A stretch of 64,000 nt of DNA from Eubacteriales bacterium (lineage in GTDB: Bacteria > Bacillota > Clostridia > Oscillospirales > CAG-272): assembly GCA_045588085.1 (NCBI GenBank), contig JAZNDN010000081.1:1542-65541 (forward strand). The letters run 5' to 3'. This document shows, in pieces, positions 1-9,090 of the stretch (position 1 is the stretch's first letter; the number at the start of each line of letters is the position of its first letter). Position numbers and translations under genes: made by a program. The notes under the pieces were generated by a model. The model made no database searches and had not been told where the DNA came from. It saw only the letters and a list, made by a program, of their open reading frames with translations.

Positions 1-1699
1 TTACCTCGCTTCGAAGGTCGGACGCATTGTTTACCACATCATCGCTTGACGTAAACGGCTGGTGACAGATAAGATACAGACCTTGTGAGTTGTTTACGAG
101 TGTATATCCCGCTATGCCCGTCTTTTCGTGGTACGCCTTGGACAACCCTCCATCTATGGTTATGTGTCTGTAATTTCCGCTTTCGGGGCTTTCCCCACTT
201 TTGACCTTGACAGGCATATGACCGTTGACTATGACGGAATTATCACTAGTCGCACCAAACTCCGCAAGCACCTTCAGACAAAATGCCTCTTGGTTTACGA
301 AATTATAATATTCGTCCTTGATTTCCTTTTCCACGTACTCTTCAAAATACTTGGTATACACGCACATTTTGTCACGCCCGTACAGCGGAGATTTTTTGCC
401 GCACCACAGATACCACATATAGTCAACGGAATATCCGTCTCCCTTGGCGGCCTCACGAACAAGCAGGTCAAGTCTGTCGTAAAGAGCTTTGCCTGAATAT
501 TTATCGGTTCCTATAATTATCTCTGAAAAGCTGCCGTCTGCCTCGGTAGGTACGCAACCGTGCATAATGAGATTATCATTAAATACCTTATACATACTGC
601 CGTGCTTAAGAAGCATTCGCATATGCTCGCCAAGTCGCTTGCTGTGCCTGAACTCGTCAGTCAAAACCTCGATAAGCTTTTCTTCCTTTTCGGTTAGCGT
701 GTGCGAAGGATACTGTATTCTGTCGTTCATGCAAAATTCGGGATGCTCGGATATAAGCTTGTTTTCCAGCTTTAGCTGTATTACAGTGATAGCTTTTGTC
801 ATACGAGCGAGCGTCTCATTCTTTTCAAAATCACTCTCACTGCCGTATATGTCGGAAATGAGAAACGCCTCGCATTTATCGTTAGCGTATTCCTCTGAAG
901 CAAAAGCAGCAAGAGGACGAAGGTTTATGCCGTAATTTTCTATTACCTGAAGATTTCTATAAACGCAATTTATCCTTATAACGTTGCACACACAAGTTGC
1001 GTTGCCAAAATATGCTCCCATCCAAAGAACGTCGTGGTTGCCCCACTGTATATCGAAGGAATGAAAGCGAGACAGCTCATCCATGATAATATCACAGCCA
1101 TTGCCTCGGTCGTATATATCTCCAACGATATGAAGATGGTCCACTGCAAGATGGTGTATGAGTCTGCACATCTCGATTATAAATCTGTCGGCATTGCCAA
1201 GCTCGATAATGCTTGACACGATCTCCGAATAATAATTTGACTTATCAATACTGTGCTCGGGCATATTTATAAGCTCATCCATTATATAGCGGTAATCCTC
1301 GGGCATTGCCTTTCTTACCTTTGAACGCGTGTATTTTGCCGATACGAGCTTTAACACTTCTATAAGATCATAGATGGTCTGTCTGTACCAAGCCGGAGTG
1401 CAAAGGTTTTTATAATTTTTCAAAACTCGCTCGGGGTAATATATAAGCGCAGCGAGCTTATTTTTGTCTGAATCGGACATTCTCTCATCAAATACAAGGT
1501 CAATTTTCGTTCTTATAACTCCTGAGGCATTGCGCAGAATATGAAGAAAGGTTTCGGACTCTCCGTGAATGTCGCTCAAAAAATGCTCCGTGCCTTTAGG
1601 CAGGTTTAGTATAGCCTTCAAATTTATCAGCTCACTGATTACTGACTGCGCTGTCGGAAATTGCTTTGCAATTATTCTGTTAGTTCCGTTATCGTTCAA
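1..1699 (-). CDS. fbp: Fructose-1,6-bisphosphatase class 3 (Firmicute type), C-terminus cut by the window edge
   Basis: Not in the supplied ORF track because it runs off the edge. My minus-strand translation starts at TTG 1699, with GGGAGAGG 5 nt upstream, and reads LNDNGTNRIIAKQFPTAQSVISELINLKAILNLPKGTEHFLSDIHGESETF. Further in frame it reads FDIQWGNHDVLWMGA and NGHMPVK, the metallophosphoesterase motifs typical of class 3 FBPase. The frame is still open at position 1. I did not translate the 1060..1500 stretch. Confidence 0.85.
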   Translation of the reverse strand, partial: MNDNGTNRIIAKQFPTAQSVISELINLKAILNLPKGTEHFLSDIHGESETFLHILRNASGVIRTKIDLVFDERMSDSDKNKLAALIYYPERVLKNYKNLCTPAWYRQTIYDLIEVLKLVSAKYTRSKVRKAMPEDYRYIMDELINMPEHSIDKSNYYSEIVSSIIELGNADRFIIEMCRLIHHLAVDHLHIVGDIYDRGNGCDIIMDELSRFHSFDIQWGNHDVLWMGAYFGNATCVCNVIRINCVYRNLQVIENYGINLRPLAAFASEEYANDKCEAFLISDIYGSESDFEKNETLARMTKAITVIQLKLENKLISEHPEFCMNDRIQYPSHTLTEKEEKLIEVLTDEFRHSKRLGEHMRMLLKHGSMYKVFNDNLIMHGCVPTEADGSFSEIIIGTDKYSGKALYDRLDLLVREAAKGDGYSVDYMWYLWCGKKSPLYGRDKMCVYTKYFEEYVEKEIKDEYYNFVNQEAFCLKVLAEFGATSDNSVIVNGHMPVKVKSGESPESGNYRHITIDGGLSKAYHEKTGIAGYTLVNNSQGLYLICHQPFTSSDDVVNNASDLRSEV

Positions 1700-1738
1700 A
1701 TTTGCCTCTCCCTCTCACCGTTTGGTTCTTTGTATCAA

Positions 1739-1767
1739 AGTATATCACAAAGCGGTAATCCTGTCAA
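1739..1767 (-). promoter_or_regulatory. Sigma-A type promoter for fbp
   Basis: Minus strand reads TTGACA (1767..1762), a 17-nt spacer ending TGTGA (-16 TRTG-like), then TATACT (1744..1739). It lies about 35 nt upstream of the TTG start. Confidence 0.6.
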
Positions 1768-2000
1768 TTGGTTTTGGTGTGCAATCGACGGTTATACTTC
1801 GCTTTTTAAAATAAACTATGAACACTCGTACCAAAAAGCCTTGCTCGACTTAGCGTTGGGTAAGGCCTTTTGCTTTTTATTATGCTTTTGCCGGGCTCGC
1901 GGTATACGTTCCGGGTTCTTATTCTTTATTTTTACAACAAAAAATCCGGCAGGGCGGTAAAGCATCGCCTTGTCGGATTTTCTGTTTATGTGTTTTTCAT

Positions 2001-3026
2001 TCAGTCGATTTCGACAATCCAGCCCTCAGGTGCCTCAATACGTCCCATCTGAATACCGGTAAGGGTTTCATAGAGCTTCTTGGTGGTGGGGCCCATCTCG
2101 GTCATACCTGCGGGGAAGCAGATTTCACGGCCGTGGTCAACTATCTTGCCGACGGGGGAAATAACTGCCGCGGTACCGCAAAGACCGCACTCGGTGAAGC
2201 TGTCAAGCTCGCTCTTGCTGATAACGCGCTCCTCCGCCTCAAGTCCGAGGTATTCACGCGCAACTACCATAAGAGAACGGCGAGTGATAGAAGGAAGAAT
2301 GCTCTCCGACTTGGGAGTGACTACGCCGCCGTCCTTAGTAACGAAGATTACGTTTGCTCCGCCGGTTTCTTCAATTGTCGTGTGAGTTGCAGCATCAAGA
2401 TATACGTTCTCGTCGTATCCCTGCTCGTGAGCGTCTACAATGTTGTAAAGGCTCATTGCATAGTTAAGACCTGCCTTGATATGACCGGTTCCGTGAGGAG
2501 CCGCACGGTCAAGGTCGGAAAGTCTGAGAGTCAGAGGTCTGACACCTCCCTTGAAGTAAGGGCCAACGGGAGTGACGAGAATGCGGAACTGATACTCGGT
2601 TGCAGGCTTAACGCCGATAACCGCATTGGTTCCCATCATGTAGGGTCTTATATAAAGGGTAGCACCGGAGCCGAACGGGGGAACGTATGCGGCGTTAGCC
2701 TTAACTACCTTTTTAACTGCCTCGATAAACTTTTCCTTGGGGTAAACAGGCATTTTGAGTCTTTTCGCGGAATCCTCAAGACGCTGCGCGTTGAGGTCGG
2801 GGCGGAAGGTAACTATTCTTCCGTCCTCGGTGGTGTACGCCTTAAGTCCCTCGAAACAGGTCTGCGCATACTGGAATACGCAAGCGCACTCGTTAAGGGT
2901 AATGGTGTGGTCCGCGGTAAGAGTACCTTCGTCCCACTTTCCATCCTTATAATTAGATACGAAGCTGTAATCGGTTTCCATATAGCCGAAGCCGAGAGAA
3001 GCCCAATCTATATTTTTCTTTTCCAT
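2001..3026 (-). CDS. ilvE: Branched-chain amino acid aminotransferase (class IV)
   Basis: 341 aa. The N-terminus reads LGFGY..TDY....Y.DGKW, followed by FEGLKAY and GTGHIKAGLNYA, which are characteristic of IlvE. It is the last gene of the T-box operon. Confidence 0.9.
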   Translation of the reverse strand: MEKKNIDWASLGFGYMETDYSFVSNYKDGKWDEGTLTADHTITLNECACVFQYAQTCFEGLKAYTTEDGRIVTFRPDLNAQRLEDSAKRLKMPVYPKEKFIEAVKKVVKANAAYVPPFGSGATLYIRPYMMGTNAVIGVKPATEYQFRILVTPVGPYFKGGVRPLTLRLSDLDRAAPHGTGHIKAGLNYAMSLYNIVDAHEQGYDENVYLDAATHTTIEETGGANVIFVTKDGGVVTPKSESILPSITRRSLMVVAREYLGLEAEERVISKSELDSFTECGLCGTAAVISPVGKIVDHGREICFPAGMTEMGPTTKKLYETLTGIQMGRIEAPEGWIVEID

Positions 3027-3036
3027 AACCGTCTCC

Positions 3037-3576
3037 TTAGTTTTTGTAATCTCTGCCCAATGACAAAGCCTTCATATTGAGCTCCTTGAGAGCTGCCTTC
3101 TTAGGCGGAACGAGCTTCTCAACTACCTCTTCAGCTCCGTCGAAGGAAAGCTCGGGGTGATTTTCAAGAAGATGACCGACTATAATCATGTTAGCAAGGC
3201 TGCTGATTCCCTCTTCCTTTGCCATCTGGGTTGCGGGAATATAGAACACGTCTACGTCATCTCTTTCTACCTTTGCATCGATAAGAGAGGAATCTACGTA
3301 TATCTGGCCGCCCTTGACTACCGTATCAGCGTATTTCTCAAGCGAGGGAAGGTTCATAACAACCAGCACGTCAGGCGCGGTTATGATAGGTGAGCCAACA
3401 GGAGTATCCGAAAGGATTACGTTACAGTTTGCGGTTCCTCCGCGCATTTCGGGGCCGTACGAGGGGAGCCAGGACACCTGAAGCTCCTCAACGAGTCCCT
3501 TGTAAGCCAAGAACTTTCCGGAGAAGAGTATACCCTGTCCACCAAAGCCTGCTATAAGTATCTCTGTGGTTTTCAT
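3037..3576 (-). CDS. 2-oxoacid:ferredoxin oxidoreductase, gamma subunit
   Basis: 179 aa. The N-terminal [13 protein letters not shown] motif is typical of OFOR gamma subunits. It overlaps the beta gene by 4 nt. Confidence 0.85.
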   Translation of the reverse strand: MKTTEILIAGFGGQGILFSGKFLAYKGLVEELQVSWLPSYGPEMRGGTANCNVILSDTPVGSPIITAPDVLVVMNLPSLEKYADTVVKGGQIYVDSSLIDAKVERDDVDVFYIPATQMAKEEGISSLANMIIVGHLLENHPELSFDGAEEVVEKLVPPKKAALKELNMKALSLGRDYKN

Positions 3577-4331
3577 TTGCCCTCTGCCTCCTTTTCGGTT
3601 CTGTCTTTATATACACCCAAAGGATAATAAGGAAGCATATCGCTCTCTATCCATTCAAGCGCCTGCTTGGGAGTCATTCCCCAGTTGGTAGGACAAGCGG
3701 AAACTACCTCGACAAGCGAAAAGCCCTTGCCCTCAATCTGATTCTGGAACGCCTTTTTGATTGCCTTCTTGGCATTCTTTACGTTCTTTACGTTGTTTAC
3801 CGCAACGCGAGCTATATACTCAGGGCCCTCGAGAGTTGCAAGCATCTCACTAACCTTAATAGGCCAACCGCAATGCTTTACGTCACGTCCGTAAGGCGAG
3901 GTCTGGGTAACCTGACCGGGAAGGCTGGTAGGAGCCATCTGACCGCCTGTCATACCGTAAATTGCGTTATTTACGAAGATAACGGTTATATTCTCATTTC
4001 TTGCCGCGGAATGTACGGTTTCCGCCATACCGATAGATGCAAGGTCACCGTCGCCCTGATAGGTGAATACTACGTTTTCGGGGCGGCAACGCTTTATACC
4101 GGTTGCTACGGCAGGAGCTCTACCGTGCGCAGACTCTATCATATCACAGTTGAAATAATCGTATGCGAAAACGGCACAGCCTACGGGTGCAACACCGATA
4201 GCCTTACCCTCTATACCGAGCTCGTCAATAGCCTCTGCGACAAGACGGTGAATTATACCGTGAGGACAACCGGGGCAGTAGTGCAACGGCTTATCCGTCA
4301 AGGATTTCGGCTTTTCAAATACTATTGCCAT
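3573..4331 (-). CDS. 2-oxoacid:ferredoxin oxidoreductase, beta (TPP-binding) subunit
   Basis: 252 aa. It has a CPGCPHG cysteine motif and the TPP motif [11 protein letters not shown]...[11 protein letters not shown]. Confidence 0.9.
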   Translation of the reverse strand: MAIVFEKPKSLTDKPLHYCPGCPHGIIHRLVAEAIDELGIEGKAIGVAPVGCAVFAYDYFNCDMIESAHGRAPAVATGIKRCRPENVVFTYQGDGDLASIGMAETVHSAARNENITVIFVNNAIYGMTGGQMAPTSLPGQVTQTSPYGRDVKHCGWPIKVSEMLATLEGPEYIARVAVNNVKNVKNAKKAIKKAFQNQIEGKGFSLVEVVSACPTNWGMTPKQALEWIESDMLPYYPLGVYKDRTEKEAEGK

Positions 4332-4333
4332 AA

Positions 4334-5395
4334 TCAGAACTCTCCTTTCTCTGCCTTGAATATAGCAGAAAGCACCTCTTCGGGTGTAGGAATCATACCG
4401 CCTACGCGATTGCAGAGCGATATGGGCTTTTTACACTCGGTGGCAAGTCTTACGTCCTCTATCATCTGTCCCATGCTGAGCTCGACGGATATGAAGGATT
4501 TAACCTTATCTGCGGCTGCTCTGAGAGCTGCTGTGGGGAACGGCCAAAGGGTGATAGGACGGATAAGACCGACCTTTATACCCTGACGTCTTGCCTCTGC
4601 AACTGCATTTTTAGCTACTCTTGAAGCAATACCGAAGGCAACGACGCAAATCTCTGCATCCTCCATCATGTATTCCTCCCACATAGCCTCACTCTTCTCT
4701 ATTTCCTTATACTTTTCAAAGCGCTCAAAGTTCACCTTTTCGAGCTCATCGGCTTTCAGGTAAAGAGAGTTTACTATATTGTGCTTACGCTTGCACTCGG
4801 TGCCGGTAAGCGCCCAAGGCTTCTCGTAGGTTTCGGTTTCTGTGTCCTCAAAGGTTATAGGCTCCATCATCTGACCTATGGTTCCGTCAGCGAGAATCAT
4901 GGAAACCATGCGGTACTTATCTGCAAGCTCGAAGCCCTTGATTGTAAGGCTCGCCATCTCCTGAACCGAAGCGGGAGCAAGAACTATCATGCGATAGTCG
5001 CCGTGTCCGCCGCCCTTGGTTGCCTGGAAATAATCCGCCTGAGAGGGCTGAATACCGCCAAGACCGGGGCCTCCGCGCTGTACGTTAACTACGAGTGCGG
5101 GAACGTCTGAGCCTGCTATGTAGCTGAGTCCCTCTGCCTTAAGAGATATTCCGGGGCTTGACGAGGACGTCATAACGCGCATACCTGCCGCAGATGCTCC
5201 GTAAACCATGTTTATAGATGCAATTTCGCTCTCTGCCTGAAGGAACACTCCTCCGATTTTGGGCATTTTCTTTGCCATATAAGCGGCAATCTCGGTCTGA
5301 GGGGTGATGGGGTATCCGAAATAGTGACGGCAGCCTGCTCTGATAGCCGCCTCTGCAATAGCTTCGTTACCCTTCATTAAAATTCTTTCTGCCAT
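4334..5395 (-). CDS. 2-oxoacid:ferredoxin oxidoreductase, alpha subunit
   Basis: The ORF track starts at 5419 (a TTG). I prefer the ATG at 5395, which gives [22 protein letters not shown] and has AAGGAGG 8 nt upstream. The sequence is typical of OFOR alpha subunits. Confidence 0.85.
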   Translation of the reverse strand: MAERILMKGNEAIAEAAIRAGCRHYFGYPITPQTEIAAYMAKKMPKIGGVFLQAESEIASINMVYGASAAGMRVMTSSSSPGISLKAEGLSYIAGSDVPALVVNVQRGGPGLGGIQPSQADYFQATKGGGHGDYRMIVLAPASVQEMASLTIKGFELADKYRMVSMILADGTIGQMMEPITFEDTETETYEKPWALTGTECKRKHNIVNSLYLKADELEKVNFERFEKYKEIEKSEAMWEEYMMEDAEICVVAFGIASRVAKNAVAEARRQGIKVGLIRPITLWPFPTAALRAAADKVKSFISVELSMGQMIEDVRLATECKKPISLCNRVGGMIPTPEEVLSAIFKAEKGEF

Positions 5396-5408
5396 AATAA
5401 TAGCCTCC

Positions 5409-5615
5409 TTACTTTTCAACCGTTATTATGCAATCGGGGCACATAGTAGCGCAGAAGGCACAGCCTATACACTTTTCCTGCTCCTTCATGTACGCCGGAG
5501 AATAACCCTTGGGATTGAGTTTATCCTCTGCGATTGCAAGACATTTCTTGGGGCAAGCGTCTACGCAAAGACCGCAGCCCTTACACATATCGGTGTTAAA
5601 AGTTACTTTAGTCAA
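5409..5615 (-). CDS. 2-oxoacid:ferredoxin oxidoreductase, delta subunit (2x[4Fe-4S] ferredoxin)
   Basis: 68 aa with a TTG start preceded by GGAGG. It has two CxxCxxCxxxCP motifs (CKGCGLCVDACP and CIGCAFCATMCP). Confidence 0.9.
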   Translation of the reverse strand: MTKVTFNTDMCKGCGLCVDACPKKCLAIAEDKLNPKGYSPAYMKEQEKCIGCAFCATMCPDCIITVEK

Positions 5616-5659
5616 TTTTTATTCCTCCTATTTATATCAGCCGCACACCCGACGCTACG

Positions 5660-6328
5660 TCAGAGTGGCAGGTCGAAATATTTCTTCTGAAGCGAAAGAG
5701 GCATCACGGGTATTCCCGAAAGCCCCTCGGCTACACTGCGCTCAGCGGTATGAAGCCAAATCGGAAGCCCGGTAGCCCTGCTTACGCTTTCTGCAAAGGC
5801 AACCGAATCCATAACCGTCTTTGGCGTAGTTTCTCTGCCAATATTAGAGTTGTTTACGATACAGTTGAAGCGTATCCCGCACGCCTCCTCTATTTCTCTC
5901 ATAATCTCCACGGCACCCTCTACGTCAGACGTCAGCGGTCTGTGGCAATTAAGAACGAACGCCATGCGGTAATCACCCTCTGCTTTTATCGCATCGGCAA
6001 ATCTTCCAAGCGCGTATGCGCCTCTGTCGTCACCGCCGATATCTACAACTCCGAAGCAGGATTTATCCTGAACGATGCGGTAGCTCGCCGCAGGAATTGC
6101 GGGAACGTCTACGTTCGTATTCGCATAATCAGAGCATATAAGCGTAATTCCGCGCTCTTTGAGCTCGCTCTCGCTATCCTTGGTTCTGAAATACGGATTC
6201 ACTATGTCCAAGTCAGCGATACATACCTTTTTGCCTTCATCTGCCAGAAGCATTGCATAGTTGACGGCAATATTGGTTTTGCCGCTGCCGTAATGCCCTG
6301 CAAAAAGGGTTAATCTTTTATGTTCCAT
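5660..6328 (-). CDS. P-loop NTPase of unknown role (MinD/ParA/GPN-loop-like)
   Basis: 222 aa. It has a Walker A motif GHYGSGKTN followed by ADLDIVNPYF and VVDIGGDD. I see no recognisable partner-specific motif. Confidence 0.6.
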   Translation of the reverse strand: MEHKRLTLFAGHYGSGKTNIAVNYAMLLADEGKKVCIADLDIVNPYFRTKDSESELKERGITLICSDYANTNVDVPAIPAASYRIVQDKSCFGVVDIGGDDRGAYALGRFADAIKAEGDYRMAFVLNCHRPLTSDVEGAVEIMREIEEACGIRFNCIVNNSNIGRETTPKTVMDSVAFAESVSRATGLPIWLHTAERSVAEGLSGIPVMPLSLQKKYFDLPL

Positions 6329-6367
6329 AATTCTTCTTTTCCACCGCGCAAGGCGGTGGACTTACAA

Positions 6368-8641
6368 TCAAAGTAATTTTCTTATTATCTTTCCGCTGGT
6401 AGTCTTGGGAAGACTCTCGTGGAATTCGACTATTCTCGGATACTTATAAGGCGCGGTACGGGACTTGACGTAATTCTGAATTTCGCGCTTAAGCTCGTCG
6501 GTTCCCTCGTGACCCTTTACAAGCACTATGCTTGCCTTTACGACCTGACCGCGAATTTCATCGGGAGCTGCCGAAACACCGCACTCAAGAACGTACGGAA
6601 GCTCCATGATAACGTTCTCTATCTCAAACGGACCTATGCGGTATCCCGACGACTTAATAACGTCATCGGCACGGCCGACGTACCAGAGGAATCCGTCCTC
6701 ATCGCGCCATGCAAGGTCTCCTGTATGATAGTATCCGTCACGCCAGGTTTCCGCAGTGATTTCGGGATTGCCTTCATAAGCATAAGCAAGTCCGCAAGGC
6801 AGACCGTTTGAAATATTTATGCATATCTCTCCGCTCTCACCGCTGGCAACCTCCTCGCCCTCGGAGCTAAGAAGATGCACGTCGTAAAGCGGTACAGGCT
6901 TACCCATAGAACCAATTTTATGGCTTCCGCCTGCAAGGTTACCGATAATAAGGGTGCTCTCGGACTGACCGAAGCCCTCCATAATCTTAAGACCCGTATG
7001 GTTCTCGAACTGGCGGAACACCTCGGGGTTAAGCGCCTCGCCTGCCGTCGATGCGTGCTCTATGCTTGAAAGGTCAAAGCGGGAAAGGTCCTGCTTGATA
7101 AGCATTCTGTACATCGTGGGCGGTGCGCAGAAGGTAGTGATGCTATACTTTTTGAACAGAGGAAGTATCTTCTCCGCATCGAAACGGTCAAAGTCGTATA
7201 CGAAGGTTGCCGCCTCGCAAAGCCACTGACCGTAAAGCTTGCCCCACATAGCCTTTGCCCAACCGGTATCGGATATGGTAAGGTGAAGTCCGTCGGGGTT
7301 GACCTGGTGCCAGTATTTTGCAGTAATGAAATGTCCAAGAGGATACTTATAATTATGCGCTGCAATTTTGGGATACCCCGACGTTCCCGAGGTGAAGAAC
7401 ATAAGCATAGGGTCTTCTCCGCAGGGAGCGTCCTCGGTGCGCAGGTAGTGGCTGCTGTATATTGTGTATTCGTCATCGAAGCTATGCCAGCCATCGCGGT
7501 TGCCTCCGACGAGTATTTTATGCTCAAGGCCGGGGCACTTTGCCGCCGCGGAATCTACCGAATCCGCGACCTCTCCGTCTGCTGTGCAGAGTATTGCCTT
7601 TACCTTACCGGCGTTGAATCTGTATTCAAAATCCTTCTCAAGAAGCTGATTCGGAGCGGGTATTGCAATCGCTCCGAGCTTATGTAAGCCGAGAATTGCG
7701 AACCAGAACTGATAATGACGCTTAAGAACGAGCATCACACGGTCACCGCGCTTTATGCCGAGAGATTTGAAATAGTTTGCAGCTCTCGCGGACTCTCTTT
7801 GCATATCCTTGAAGGTAAATCTGCGCTCGGTACCGTCACCGCTTATGTGAAGCATGGCAAGCTTATCGGGCTTGCGCGCACCGAGTGCATCAACGACGTC
7901 AAAGGCGAAATTGAAGCTGTTTTCGTTTTTGAAGGATATCTCGGTAAGAGCTCCGTCCTTTTCGACGGGAATAATAAAATCGTGATAAACTCTCTGCTGC
8001 TTGTCTTCATCGCGACGTTTGGTAGTTTCAGAGGCTGCTGCCTCCTGCTCTCCCTCTCGTGCCGCCTGATTGCGAAGCACGATAGCATAGAAGGAACAAT
8101 CCTCGCCGCCGACGGCTATCATTCCGTGAGGTGTGCCGGAATCGTAGTATATGCTGTCGCCCGGATTCAGAATTTCGGTATGGTCGCCTATCTGAATTTT
8201 CATCTGACCGGTTATGACGATATCGCATTCCTGACCCTCGTGAGTCACAAGCTCTATTTTCTCACCCTCAGCACCCTCATGGTAATTCATCTCCATGTAA
8301 AGAGGAAGTGCTATACGGTTACGGAAGCCTGATGCAAGGCTGTATCCAACCATGTGATGAGCCTCTTCTATTCGCTGACCGTCACCCTTTCTCGTCAGAG
8401 CGTAGGACCTGAGCTTAGGGCTTTTGCCCTCGATAATATCACCCATATCAACGCCGAAGCTGAGCGTGCAGTGGTAAAGGAATGCTATGCTGAGGTTTCT
8501 GTTACCTGCCTCACACTCCTCGTACTCGCTCTCGCTCATTCCGGTACGCTCTGCCATCTCGGCAACCGAAAGTCCGGTTATCTCACGCAGCTCGCGTATA
8601 CGGTCGGCAATCTGCTTTATCTTATGCTCCATTGTATCCAT
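6368..8641 (-). CDS. Fusion protein: XRE-type HTH + cupin domain (about aa 1-190) fused to an AMP-forming acyl-CoA synthetase (about aa 215-757)
   Basis: The HTH reads LSVAEMAERTGMSESEYEECEAG. The cupin reads GDSIYYDSGTPHGM. The adenylate-forming motifs are FFTSGTSGYPK, YHTGD and SGKIIRK. The RBS is AAGAGGTG upstream of ATG 8641. Confidence 0.85.
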   Translation of the reverse strand: MDTMEHKIKQIADRIRELREITGLSVAEMAERTGMSESEYEECEAGNRNLSIAFLYHCTLSFGVDMGDIIEGKSPKLRSYALTRKGDGQRIEEAHHMVGYSLASGFRNRIALPLYMEMNYHEGAEGEKIELVTHEGQECDIVITGQMKIQIGDHTEILNPGDSIYYDSGTPHGMIAVGGEDCSFYAIVLRNQAAREGEQEAAASETTKRRDEDKQQRVYHDFIIPVEKDGALTEISFKNENSFNFAFDVVDALGARKPDKLAMLHISGDGTERRFTFKDMQRESARAANYFKSLGIKRGDRVMLVLKRHYQFWFAILGLHKLGAIAIPAPNQLLEKDFEYRFNAGKVKAILCTADGEVADSVDSAAAKCPGLEHKILVGGNRDGWHSFDDEYTIYSSHYLRTEDAPCGEDPMLMFFTSGTSGYPKIAAHNYKYPLGHFITAKYWHQVNPDGLHLTISDTGWAKAMWGKLYGQWLCEAATFVYDFDRFDAEKILPLFKKYSITTFCAPPTMYRMLIKQDLSRFDLSSIEHASTAGEALNPEVFRQFENHTGLKIMEGFGQSESTLIIGNLAGGSHKIGSMGKPVPLYDVHLLSSEGEEVASGESGEICINISNGLPCGLAYAYEGNPEITAETWRDGYYHTGDLAWRDEDGFLWYVGRADDVIKSSGYRIGPFEIENVIMELPYVLECGVSAAPDEIRGQVVKASIVLVKGHEGTDELKREIQNYVKSRTAPYKYPRIVEFHESLPKTTSGKIIRKLL

Positions 8642-8815
8642 TTTCTACTTACACCTCTTTCATAAAAGTGTGGCGAAAGGCTGACCGCAACGTCCTGTGC
8701 GGAATATTTTCGCCTCAGCGATAACCAAAAGCTGCTGCGAGCGATACCCACGGCAGAATTGGGAAGATTTTTCGGAATTTTACTGTGCTCTGTCGTGCGG
8801 GAAATTGTCTTCGGG

Positions 8816-9060
8816 AATAAAAAAGCGTCTCAAGAAAGCATTCCTGAGACGAGTAGAATATACCCGCGGTACCACTCATTTTGCGGAAAAACCGCCACCT
8901 TTGACTCCTGCAAGCCATTGCCCTTAACGCGGGAAACGTAGAACCCTAACCGACGCTCAGGCTCTCAACTCGGAAGTGATGGGTACCATGGCTTTTTGCT
9001 ATCGGCTTGCACCGCCCGCCGACTCTCTGAAAGCTTATTTTGCCGTACCGTCTTCGTCAC
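8816..9060 (-). promoter_or_regulatory. T-box riboswitch leader, specifier AUC (Ile)
   Basis: The minus strand shows a Stem I base GTGACGAAG...CTTCCGAG, the AGAGAG element, the distal loop GGTGCAAG, and the specifier AUC (8980..8978) followed by A. The T-box sequence is AAAATGAGTGGTACCGCGGG (8882..8863). The terminator is CGTCTCA-12 nt-TGAGACG plus a U-tract (8851..8816). Confidence 0.8.
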
Positions 9061-9090
9061 AGTCTTTAAAAGTATTAAATTTACGAGAAT

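Noticed and set aside
1945-1977. Hairpin downstream of ilvE, considered as its intrinsic terminator.
   Set aside because: The stem has two A-C mismatches in the minus-strand RNA, although these would be G-U pairs on the plus strand. Termination here is plausible but not well supported, so I did not list it as a feature.
2133-3080. Long antisense ORFs in the track. Examples are 2133..3080 (+), 5750..6313 (+), 15350..16567 (+, 405 aa spanning two lipoprotein genes), 20370..21074 (+), 23841..24698 (-), 30834..31640 (+), 51143..52153 (+) and 53613..54422 (-).
   Set aside because: Each lies entirely opposite a gene with clear family motifs. Each has odd composition (rich in R, C, S, V, L and G) with no recognisable motifs, and lacks a plausible RBS or promoter. 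This pattern is typical of stop-codon-poor reverse frames of genes with biased codon usage.
6341-6359. GC-rich hairpin after the ligase gene, considered as an internal terminator that would split the T-box operon.
   Set aside because: On the coding (minus) strand it is followed by AAAAGAAG rather than a U-tract. The next gene starts 12 nt later.
8697-8941. Small ORFs (60-79 aa) on both strands at 8697..9215.
   Set aside because: They overlap the T-box leader and its promoter. The region is better explained as structured RNA.
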